The notes below the pieces were generated by a model. It searched no databases, was not told the DNA's origin, and saw only the letters and a program-made list of their open reading frames with translations. The position numbers and the translations under genes were made by a program. Positions 1 to 11,307 of a stretch of DNA of 64,000 nucleotides are shown piece after piece; positions within the stretch are counted from its first letter, which is position 1; every line of letters starts with the position of its first letter. The DNA lies in NCBI GenBank assembly GCA_010093605.1, contig MU004188.1, forward strand, positions 995,673 through 1,059,672, in the 5' to 3' direction. The DNA is from Lophium mytilinum (Eukaryota).

Positions 1-276
1 GTCAATAAGTTTCCAGATAGCACCAAATGAAGAGTAGTATTATCTCGTTCGTATGTCTAAGAATGCATTGAAGCATCACAAGAGGTAGATGCAGAGCCGA
101 GCGAAAGAGATTACGTCATACCGGAGAAATGTTATTCCGCTGTAAATCTTGGCATCTCTCACATCTAGAGGTCTTGTGTTGCCTCGCCATCAACGCGTTG
201 TCCTGTCGTCAACACGTCGCCTGTCACCGTCGCCAGCCACCAACACAACTACTAACACATTCACTCACTCATCAGG

Positions 277-843
277 ATGGAGGAAGAAGACGCTGAGTCC
301 TCTTCCGTGCCGCTCGTGGAGCAGCGCAACTTCGGGACCGGACTCTGGCGCAAGAAGCCCATCGAGTTCGTGTCCAAATCCACTCCAGCTCCAAAATCTG
401 AGCCTACACCCGTCAGATTTTCCCTCATGGACTTCTACGTCAAGAACAAGCTTCTCCCAGCCACTAACAATAACTCGCTCGCACCCAACAGTGGTGTACC
501 CCCCATGATGTCCACGCCCCTGGCTCATACCTTCTCTCACCTTGATCGTACGCGAAAAGGTCTCACGATGCTCGAAACCTGCGGTTGGGATCCGGACAGT
601 GGGTTGGGATTGGGCACGAAGGGTGAGGGCATACTATCTCCGGTCAAGGTTGAGGCAAAGAATGACACTGTCGGATTGGGATTCAAGCTTCCGAAGGTCA
701 CCGAACCTGCTGCGCAGAAGAAACCGCAGAACTTGAACGCCCGCCAAATGCGGAAGTTGCATGAAGAGGAGAAGAAGAAGCACAAGGAACTGGTGAAGAT
801 GTTCTACGGGAAGGACGACGAGGACAAATATCTTGGTCAATAG
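277..843 (+). CDS. G-patch domain protein (GPANK1-like fungal family), intronless, 188 aa
   Basis: G-patch motif KGLTMLETCGWDPDSGLGLGTKGEGILSPVK...DTVGLG. The N-terminal PLVEQRNFGTG and C-terminal MFYGKDDEDKYLG resemble this fungal family. Confidence 0.8.
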   Translation: MEEEDAESSSVPLVEQRNFGTGLWRKKPIEFVSKSTPAPKSEPTPVRFSLMDFYVKNKLLPATNNNSLAPNSGVPPMMSTPLAHTFSHLDRTRKGLTMLETCGWDPDSGLGLGTKGEGILSPVKVEAKNDTVGLGFKLPKVTEPAAQKKPQNLNARQMRKLHEEEKKKHKELVKMFYGKDDEDKYLGQ

Positions 844-1080
844 CGGTGGGATACCAACAAGCCAGGACAATTTGTCTTGGAAGCATAGCGATGGCGTTAT
901 AGGGGCACAGCGAATACCCTGAAAGTAATACAACATACACCACTCTATCATAGGTCTGCGTGCTTTCTTGTGCCACCCTTCGTATGGTTTTGTCAGAAAA
1001 TAGCAATGCTAACGTGTTAAGGCTCCACCATCTAGGGTCGCTATATGTCGCCTCGAGCTGTCAGATTAATCTACAGTACT

Positions 1081-2235
1081 AAGCCATAAATCTGGGTACA
1101 CAGATTTGTCACCACTTGGATTCAATGCTGCTTACCTGACACCACTGTAGGGGGTAGCCTGGCTGCTAAGAAGCTACGCAGTCAAGAGGCAGTCAAATCT
1201 GCACTGCTAGAAGCTCGGCATTACCATAGAGCCTAGAATCCTGTAAGACCCGGATCCGTTCCTGCTCAGCTCTGATTTGCTCACTTAACACTACTGTAGG
1301 GGGTAGCCTGGTTGCTATAGAGCTAAGTAGTTAAGATGCTGTCTAATCTAGACTGTGTGAAACTTAATATTGCCTTATACCATTAAAATCCTGTAAGACA
1401 CGCATCTATTCCCAATTAGCTCTATATTGCTTACTCAACAATACTGTAGGGGGTAGCCTGGCTGCTAAGGAGCTACGTAGTTAAGAGGCAGTCTAATTTG
1501 TGCTGTTTGAAACTTGACATCGCCTTTAGATCTTCGAGATTCTTAGGGGGTCCTCCAAGTAGTGGCGAACTAGTAGGCTTTGACTTCTGCCCTGTTACCG
1601 ACTACTAATCCATTAGGCTAGGCACCCAGATCTATCACTGCTCAGCCTCAATTTTGCACACTCGACACCACTGTCGGGGGTAGCCTGGCTGTTAAGCAGC
1701 TACGTGGTTGAAAAGGAGTCTAATCTGCACTGCTGGAAACTCGACATCGCCCTAGGACTTTCAAAATCTTTAGGGGGCGCCCTAAGCAGTGGCGAACCAG
1801 TATGCTCTGACTTCGGCTCTATTACCGACTACTGAACCATTAGCCTAGGCACACGAATCTGTTGCTGCTTGGCTTCAATGTTGCTTTATCGATACTACTG
1901 TAAGGGACGGCCCCACTGGTTGGCGATTACTGCGTCAAGAGGTAGCCTGATTCTCGTTGCGTTAACTATTGCATTTGATGTCGCATATTAAACTAAATAA
2001 GCTTTAGTCTTGTTAAGCCAATACTACTGTAGGGGGTATCCCCACTAGTTGGCGATCACTGTGTTAAGAGGTAGCCTGATTCTCGTTGCTTTAACTAATA
2101 CACTTAATGTCGCATATTTGACTAAGCAAGCTTTGATCTTGCTAAGCCAACACCATTGTAGGGGGTAGCCTGGCTGCTAAGCAGCGTATTAATCAAAAGG
2201 TAGTCTAATCTAAACACGTTTACATTTAACATCAC
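1081..2235. repeat. Degenerate compound tandem repeat array, 7 units
   Basis: The anchor ACTGTAGGGGGTAGCCTGG, or a variant, recurs at 1144, 1293, 1443, 1670, 1897, 2026 and 2155 (periods 149, 150, 227, 227, 129, 129). Paired units align along their length and differ largely by C/T and G/A transitions. Confidence 0.9.
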
Positions 2236-3121
2236 TTCAACGCATCTTTCAAGTCCTTCACCCACCCCAGCCTTCCTTCCGCAAAGATCTCCCCACCCAC
2301 ATCCCAATCCGTCCCATTCTCCAAAAGCAAGGTCCTCACCACAACCACATCCGGGTTCACATCCTGTACATGGTATATGTGGCTCGTGCAGTCCCTGCAG
2401 AAGAAACAATGCACTTTCTTCCCACTGGCACCAGTGTATGCGTACTCCGCCGGTGAGCCTCGCGTTATGGTCAGATCCGACCGCGGAATGATGGCGTTGC
2501 AGGTGTACGGCGAGCCCGAGAGAAGCTGGCATGTGCGGCAATGACATAGCACATGGGAAGGCCGTGGGTATGTGTCTAGCGCGGCGGTGAAGGCGAGGTT
2601 GCCGCAGTGGCAGGTGCCGCTATGCGTGGTCTTGGCTTCAATTGGAGAAGGCATGTCGCCGAAAAGCTTGCCGGGGGTGATATCCACTACTAGTGAGTCC
2701 TCGCTGTTGTATCCAAAAAAGTTAGAGATGGCTCTATTTGGGTGAGTTCAGGGGAATATATTGTAGGTACCTACATCAATGGCTTTGCGGCTTTTGCGAA
2801 CGCTATGTGCACCGGGTCCTTGGTGAGATAGTAGTCTAGGTCGTCCTGGCTTGCGAATTCGAGCACGAAGCCGTGGGTCATGCCTTTATTGAGGGCTTCC
2901 CGGGATCGGTTGTTGCCCATTCGCATGCTGACCATGTAGGGTTTGCCGGTGGATGGGTGCACGCATTGCGTCTGCAGAGCGGTGAAAACTTTGAAATGTG
3001 CTTCGAGGTCTGTCCAGGTGATGTCTGGACGGTACTTGAAAACGACGATGTGGGTTATTGCTGTGGAGGATGAGGGGGCCTGGAATGAGCTGGTCATCGA
3101 GGAAGTGGGCGTGTGAGCCAT
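2232..3121 (-). CDS. Fusion protein: Dabb (stress-responsive A/B barrel) domain plus GFA/CENP-V (Mss4-like) Zn-binding domain; one intron at 2704-2774
   Basis: Exon 1 carries ITHIVVFKY...KGMTHGFVLEFASQDDLDYYLTKDPVH (Dabb). The intron reads GTAGGT...CTAAC...CAG. Splicing gives KPLIEDSLVVDITPG, in frame with GTCHCG...CHCRTCQ...FFCRDC (GFA). Confidence 0.8.
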
Positions 3122-6100
3122 GTTGGAGGATTCGTGAGGATCGGTCAATATGCTAGGTAGGAATTGTGGGAGTTTAAAGAAGTTCAATAGAGTAATCTGG
3201 CGCTTTTCTAGGGACCGAATGTGATTTTATGAAGGTTGAGAGATGCAAAGGCGAAGAGAGCAGAATTAAAAACTTATTTGCGGGGAAAGCAACAGCTTAA
3301 TAGTAGCTCACCTACCCCAGACTTCGGTACCGGCTCAATGAACTACTGCAAATTACTTGAATTGCTGTATCTAGATGCGATGTGGAGAGGACCTGCATTA
3401 AGGCTCGGGATTTGTTGCCCTTCGTGCGGGCTAAGATACCTAATTGGGGGTGGAGCGCCTTCGAAAAGCGGGAGGTCTTATTGGTCCGAATATTCCTCAG
3501 GTCTCTGTAACTTCGATTTGCGTACAACAGCACTCAAAGACAGTCAAAATGAAGAGAAGCTTGATATAGGTAATGGCTATCGTGATATAAGAAGAAGCAG
3601 ATACAAGGCGCAAGGGTGCGCAATCTTGACTGCGCTGCGATAAACCTCAGTTGATCACGGCCTCGGCCTATGCATGCTCTGTATTCCTAAACTTCATCCT
3701 TTCTCTTATTTACATTCCACCGTGATGGTCTCTCTCTTCACAGGATTTTTATTATCGTCTTGGCTCTGATATTGTCACTTCTGCCTCTTGAGCAACGGCC
3801 ACTCTGCATAGGTCTCATATATCAGAAGTGCACTACAAGATATACATACTTCACGAGACTCGTCTGCCATTGGTTGTACGTCTGAGACCAAATAGCAATT
3901 CCTCTTTGATTGGCGAATGCTAGTCTTGAGGGCTTGTGAAATGCGTAGCACTATATCATCCCAGGATTCAATGGGGAGATATCTGCTTGATCTAAATCTG
4001 GACACGGATCGACAAGATATCTGTAATACATTCGGGCCAAAGACGATGATCATAGTCTAGCTAATATAATATCCACGTAGGGATTGGCTAGCTTATTGAT
4101 ACTACCGTGCTTCGCCACAAGTTTGTGCACACTCATCTGCCAGCGCTTGGGTGGCTCCATGGGCTTTCAAGATTCCAGACTCGATACAATTATTCGATGC
4201 TGTGCGAGTCGGGCTGCCACATGACCTGCTAGTTACCGCGCAGCTGGGCTACTCCTGACGGCGGTGTGGAACGAACAGGACTCGAGCTAGAGCACTGCTT
4301 TATCCGTGTGCCTAGACCTAGGGCCTAGTGCTGTAAATCGGCGTTCTATTCAGCCGCGAGGAGCCCCGAGTAGTCGCATCTACATTATCAGGATGCGCTC
4401 GGAGCCGTGCCATTTCGATGACCCCGAACACGACGAGAAGGGCTCATGGGCCTATGCTAAGCCGGGCCGGTCACGCCACTAGGGGCATTAGTTGGTAGGA
4501 CCGATGTCGCTATACTTGGCCCACGTGGGCACCGAGAGCTGCAACGTTGAACCAGGCGGAGTGGCACGTCGCTAAAAGTAAGACCAACTCGAGTTCGAAG
4601 ATTTCGAGATGGTCGTGGCGGAGGCGCGAGCTGCAGTCGAAGCGAGTTCACAGAGTGGACCATTAATATTAGATAGCTGGAGAAGAGGGGTTGACGAGAC
4701 ATAGTGCCCATTTGATTGGATCAGTTGCGCCTTAGAGACATTATGACGAACCTCCGCTACATCAGCCAAATATGAAGATATACTGCTATTAGTAATAGAG
4801 CTTGCCCTTTAAGGGTTCTTTCGTCCAGTGGTAGATCAGGTACTTGTTCCACTCTAATGGTTGCTTGGTTCAGATTTAGGGTACTGGAAGCATTGTATAA
4901 ATGAAAGTGACGCCTGATAAGGAAAGAGCACGTTGAATGAAATCTACGAAGAACAACTGCACTGTAACAACTCAAGGCTTGAAGCGAAGTGACGTCGAGC
5001 TCGTCATGCAAACAGGAACGATGAGCGAGATTCGAACATATGAAAAGTGTAGTGTGCTGAAAATAGCAGCTTCGTAGCTACGAGATCTGATGATACGCTT
5101 CCTGGTTTGTGAGTGGCGCGGCGAAAGCATAGAAGCTGTGCGTTTTTGCACAGATATTGCTAATGCAGGCGAAGCTGTGCAACTACTCCATTAATATGAC
5201 AAGGCTCATAGGAGGGGCTTCCGATCGTGAAACTCGAACAATGGAACGTGACCGGGGATTTGCATGGAACCGCACCTGCAGCTCGATATCCGGCGACCGT
5301 TTACCGGCTGCAAGAGATCGGACTGTTGGGCTGGGACGTTCGGATCGGTGCTTCTGCTGCACTGAGGCGGTGTGCTGGAGACAGTCCTGCAGGTTGCCAT
5401 CGGGTTTCACACGGCGCTGCTGGGATTGTTGCCATGCTGTGATTCCTGTTAGATTCGGGACTACTGCCAGCTCAGCGGGAAGGCCGCTGGGTCATTCGTA
5501 CGATGCTGACGGCATGTCAATACTGGAAAAGTCCGCTTGGCGCACTGGAGGAGAGTTGATATGGGTTTGCCTGGAGAGAAGTAGCACTATGAAGCAGGAG
5601 ATTTAAGAGCAGCCGGTACTTTCCCGATGGTGTAACCACAAATTGCATTTTGTGTTGGCAGGGTCTCGGGTGACAATCGGGGATGCTCGCATATTAGACA
5701 TTGAAGGCAGTTTTCCAGACTTTTGAATGCACTGTAGAATTAGAATACATGTAATTCGTGGTTTCTTCTTCTTACGTCTCTCTCCAATAGGCAGGGTCTC
5801 AATCTAGGAAAGAGAAGAGGAATTGGACGGACGCCCTCAGGACATCCGTACGCCGGGATATGCTGCCGGCGATTGATTGCTGTCGTGGAGTTGTAAGTAG
5901 TACTCAGACAGCCTCGCCCGCAGCCCTTGCAGCGGGCGGCGCTTAGGTAAAATTTAGCGGGCGACCGCCAAAATGCAGGGGCGCCCAGACATCTCAGGGG
6001 CTAAATGCCGCCCAAGACGCCCAAAGTGTTGGCGTTGTCCCCCGCTTCCTCCACCACAGTGGCACCGCTTGAGAGCCTCCATCACCGCGCAGCGGCAAGC

Positions 6101-7126
6101 AACAAGTGACATCGGGAAGATCATCAGGAGGTTCTAACAGGGGGCCTCGCAAACACAAACAGCGCATCTTCCCGGGCACGGATGGGGCGGCAAGCAGTGG
6201 AGCTGAGCAGAGACCAAACGTTCGTCATCAACCTAAGCTTGAGAGTAGCATCTGAGGGGCGTATCCGGCATCCTGCCATCTCTATGTCCTTCTGAAGGTG
6301 GCACTCGATCATTGAACGAGGAGCCGAGAGTCACAGCCGGCGATCCATCTTTCGGGGGAAGTCGTGGATCCGTCGGCCTTGAGAATATGTGTGAAGCCCA
6401 GCGTCGGCACACGATGTGGGTTGAGTGGTGGGTACAGTCATGTGTGCTTTAATTCAATCAAAAGTCGATCTCTAGCTCTATGTTCCTCTCGTATTGTCGC
6501 TTCAATGGCCGACAGCAGGTGTGGCAGTCAGCCTTCGATGTCAATATATGTTCATCTTCCACTTTCATTGTGCGCCCACCAAACCCGAGGAACGGATAGT
6601 AGCAGCCACGCACGAGTTCTGCACGTATCGTGGCTAGCGACACGTTCGCCCGAGTTTGAATCACTTGTGACACGTCTGCCTGCTCGGTCGGAGTTCTAAG
6701 GCGTGGTTGTGGATGAAGCTTCCCACGCTGTTCTCCTCCTCCTGGGCTAGCCACTGCGCTCGCCCACGTCATCACACAAGCTAGAGCTCTCACAATTCAC
6801 CTAATATCTCTCTTTCGTCGTCTAACTATCGTTCTTGGTGAGGCTGAGCCCGTCAGAGCGCCCTAAAGCTGTAGAGCATCGAGCCTTCTTTGTTGAACAT
6901 TCGTTCACCATAGTCGCCGCCACATCAGTCCCGACACCTATTCCTTCCCGAGCACATCTTCGCCCGTACATCCTTTCCAAATCACACGATCTATCATTTG
7001 GTCTGTTATCGACAACTCCTCTGCCGCCGCCATTCGGTGATTCCGTTCTTTCCTACTTACCACCTACATCCACTCGAAACCTCCCTACGAACCTTACTAC
7101 GGTGCCTCATCCGTTGACCGCCAACA

Positions 7127-8751
7127 ATGGGGCCAAAATTCTTCCAAGATTGGGCGTTATGGGAGAAGATGACTTTTGTAAGATCCCAGGTCGCATACTG
7201 CTAGTTGAGGGACTGACACATACATGCGCGATAGGTCCTAGCTTGCGCCATCGTATGGCACCCATCCTCCTCTCCACCTCAACTGCTGATCGTTTAGGGT
7301 GTAACTATCTTTGCTGGGTTTTGCAAATTGACATACGCCAATTGGCGGCTGCGCAAATACGATCAAGCCGACACTGCTAAGGCTTTACAAACCCTGGAGC
7401 TATTGGAGGCACAAAATTCCGAGGAGGACCTGAAGACAGACGAAAAAGAGGATGTGCCATTTGGAATCCGTGCGATTGAGAGCGGTATACAGATCGACGG
7501 CGTCTGGATATCGCGAGGTAACACGCCGATTGGGAGTGTCGCATCATCGTTCGACGAATCTAGAGCAACAAGCTCCAGATCCGAATCCGCACAATTGGAG
7601 GTTCCGCAGCAGGTCTATGGAAGCTCTAGTCGATCAAGTTCCAAGGCTCCGAGCTCTGCGTTCGAGCAAGCAGTGTCTGCTGAGCGCATCCCGTCCTCAC
7701 GCAGCGCTTCATCGAGCTCGGCAAGCTCGACTTACAGTCTTCATCACGCAGATATACAACCGGAGATTCACGACGATATTCCTCTTCGGAACTCCTCCGC
7801 CTTGCTGGCCTTGGAAGGTCTCGATTCGCGCAAGACCCCTTGTAAGTCGATTCTGCCGTTGTAGACTGGGTAGGAGCCTTGCTAATTAGCGCTCTTTGAA
7901 TAGCCCTCGTCGAGCCGAACTCAAGCAGCAGCAGTACATCATCAGCAACCTCTTCCCACGACAGCGATGAGACTGACTACATGGCCATACCTCGACTTCA
8001 AATTAGGCGGCCTTATGAACCCGCCTATATCAAGCCGTCCATCTCGCCGGTTCTCGCTGTGGATTCGAAGTGGAACCTCGATCTGCTTCAGAGCCATCGT
8101 CTATCTCACGTCGCAGAGACAGGCCAGCTGACACCTCGAATTCGTCGACCCGTAGGATCCAGTGGCGAATGGTCTAGTATAGTCGTTCCCACGAGAAATA
8201 ATGAAGTTGCCCTGTCCGCCGTCGAGCAATTCACACCACACCAAAAGTCCTCTTCGCTACCGCTTCCTGCTGCTCTCGATATGTTTCCTATTCCACCTCA
8301 GCGCGCGTCTGTACCGCCGCTTACCAAGGAAGGCCAATCATTGTACCCGGCTAGCCAGATCATATCACCACCAAACACCTACCGACCGCGTGGAGAGCAG
8401 AGCGACCCCGAGATTAATGGCCTCTCGTCCGGATTCCCTAGCGCTAGGCAAGCAAATGACTCCCAATACGTACAACATACTTACCAGCCCTATGAGAGCC
8501 CTGTCAGGGTCGACGAAACCGAGCAGCAGCTGAATCCTGCGACCCAACAGAATCGGCGTGATGCACAGGTCTTGCGGAAGGTCAATTCTGGTTTCGAGAT
8601 CCTCCGCCCTGGGACCTTTACCTTTGCCGACGAACCAACTCTTCATGACACCGGCTCTTCCTCCGGCGAGAAGCGACAGTCCCGACGTCTCCGGAAGAAG
8701 CGGCCTGGCTCCAGTGACTACGGAGCGTCGTCTTTCGCGGATAACGTTTAG
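7127..8751 (+). CDS. Conserved fungal hypothetical single-pass membrane protein with a long S/P-rich tail; 4 exons
   Basis: Spliced MGPKFFQDWALWEKMTF|VLACAI|GVTIFAGFCKL (exons 7127-7177, 7235-7252, 7298 onward), then the motif DVPFGIRAIESGIQIDGVWISR. A further intron lies at about 7842-7903, and the RKVNSGFEIL motif is near the C-terminus. Confidence 0.7.
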
Positions 8752-9425
8752 GCACTTAGCCTAGCTAAGCGCAAAATTTGCTTTGTTCAGTTGCAATGGA
8801 TGGAGAGACTATTTCGTTTGCTCTTGGATATCTGACGCGTCAAGCGAAGTTCATGGACTAGCAATAAATGCGTTGTGGAGGCGCTATACGGGTATGTACA
8901 TACAAGGTTGATGAAAGTGGTGGCATTGATATCTAGGATTTGCTGCGTCGGCCAGGCGAACCAGAGCTTTGCACCTTTCATGAGTGACTATCTGGCTTGG
9001 TTGGCTCTATCAAAATTGAGGAGTTCAGGGAAGGCAGTGGGAGGCGTAATATGCAAGAGATTTTCAGGATCTGATGTTTGCTTCCGACCTGGATGGTCTT
9101 GGATTTCTTCTTTCACGAGCATGAGATTGATGGACCGTATACTGTAGATCAGAGTGCTAAAGTCTACATACTGAGGAAGATTACCCTAATACATATAATC
9201 AAGTTATGAAAACCCTTAAAGTTCTGGCTAATCATTGCTTTTCATTGTGGTTACTTGGAGGCTGACACCTCGTGGCAGCTCTTCTTAACGTGTGTTATGC
9301 TGCCAGATTCCCCTATAATTGCCGGCCTTAACCTCAAATTCGAGCCTTGTATGTTGCTACGGCGGTGAATAGTTTTGATGCCGAACACCAGTCACATGAC
9401 CTCGTGATGCCAAGGCAATCCAAGA

Positions 9426-9435
9426 ACGCGTCGCG
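9426..9435. promoter_or_regulatory. MCB-like element (ACGCGTCGCG) upstream of RAD51
   Basis: ACGCGT lies about 130 nt upstream of the RAD51 ATG. MCB/MBF control of RAD51 is established in yeasts. Confidence 0.45.
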
Positions 9436-9559
9436 CTTTCTTTCCAACCCATGTTGACGACTAACCTTGCCACCTCCTCCAGCATCAACGACCAGACTCG
9501 CCATCCCACCATCGTTTCTTCTCCGAATACATCGTGTTGCTCGCCATCACTCTTCCAAC

Positions 9560-10797
9560 ATGAGTGCCGAAGAAGAACAACTTGAGGATGCCGGCGTCGG
9601 AGGACCTGGCGCCCCAACCCCACTGAGCGCGCTCGAAGTAACTATTTCACACTTCTTTCCTTGCGACAACTAAATTAACCTCACTCACAGGGCGTCAATG
9701 GCTTGACTGCTCGGGATATCAAGCTGATCGTAGACGGCGGCTACCATACCGTGGAATCGGTGGCTTACACGTTCGTACACCCCTCCCTCGGCTTGCTCTC
9801 CAAGATTCTAATACGAGACCAGGCCACGTCGCGCATTGGAGCAGATCAAGGGTATATCTGAACAGAAGGCATCGAAAGTGCTAGCAGAAGGTATGTTCCA
9901 TTACCCCTTCTACGATTGTCTTATCTAACTTTGCAGCGTCCAAACTGGTACCCATGGGCTTCACGACGGCCACGGAAATGCACCAACGGCGAAGCGAGCT
10001 GATATCAATCACCACAGGCTCGAAACAATTGGACACATTGCTTGCAGGAGGCGTTGAGACTGGTTCGATAACAGAGATCTTTGGCGAGTTCAGAACCGGC
10101 AAGAGTCAGATTTGTCATACGCTCGCGGTGACCTGCCAGCTTCCGTTCGATATGGGCGGAGGAGAAGGAAAGTGCCTCTACATTGACACCGAGGGCACAT
10201 TCAGGTAAGCCAGATGAAGTTTCCGTAGTATGCTGGTTACTAATTCGATCCAGACCAGTTCGATGCCTGGCTGTGGCAAACCGCTATGGCTTATCTGGTG
10301 AAGAAGTGCTCGACAACGTTGCATACGCTCGTGCCTACAACTCCGACCATCAATTGTCGCTCCTCAACCAAGCGGCCCAGATGATGACGGAGACACGGTT
10401 CTCCCTGCTTATCGTTGACTCTGCTACCTCGCTCTATCGTACCGACTTCTCAGGCCGTGGAGAACTCTCAAACCGCCAGACACATCTAGCGAAGTTCATG
10501 CGCACCCTCCAGAGACTTGCAGATGAATTCGGCATCGCCGTTGTCATCACCAACCAGGTCGTGGCCCAGGTAGACGGTGGACCAAGTGCCATGTTCAATC
10601 CTGACCCAAAGAAGCCCATTGGAGGCAACATCATCGCCCACGCCAGCACCACGCGGCTCAGCTTGAAGAAGGGACGAGGAGAGACGAGGATATGCAAAAT
10701 CTATGACAGTCCCTGTCTCCCGGAGAGCGACTGCATGTTCGCAATCAATGAAGACGGGATCGGCGACCCCAGCCCCAAGGACCTAGACAAGGACTGA
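9560..10797 (+). CDS. RAD51: DNA repair recombinase Rad51; 5 exons (introns 9638-9690, 9771-9822, 9891-9936, 10205-10253)
   Basis: Walker A GEFRTGKS, Walker [35 protein letters not shown] and PMGFTTATE. Confidence 0.98.
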
Positions 10798-11307
10798 AGT
10801 AAGGGTGAAGAGGCACATACGAGGAATGAGGCATGTGATGCTATGAGCGTAAAGTTTATATGTGTATTATTCTGCATGGGATGGCGTGTGATTGGCACGG
10901 GGCCGGCGTTATGTACTGAAGTTCTCTTCCTGCTGTTAAGCGAAGGAGTAGATGAATTGAGTTTACGAAGATGTCAAAGCTATCGAATGTGTGGAGAGGC
11001 ATGACCTCGACAAGCGACGAATGTGAGCATGTGTGCTTACGGACCCAGCTGCAACGCTTGTATAGGAAACTTTGGAGATGACTGATGAGTGCTAGTAGAT
11101 TTTGGTTGCATATTGAATGAATAAATAAATGCAATCGATCCCTGTGGTGAGATGGTGAAGCGGCCCTAGATCTACGGCGCCACATCCCTGCTCGCCTCGT
11201 CCAAAGTTTTGGTGTTTGCAGCGCGACCCTTGGACCTTGACCACCACTTCTTGCGCGCGACTCTTCACATCGTCGCATTACCTTAGACCCTCATTTATGG
11301 ACCGGCC

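Noticed and set aside
1081..2235. CRISPR-like array (constant anchor plus variable spacers)
   Set aside because: The spacers are homologous to each other and far too long, the genome is eukaryotic and no cas genes are present. It is a tandem duplication array.
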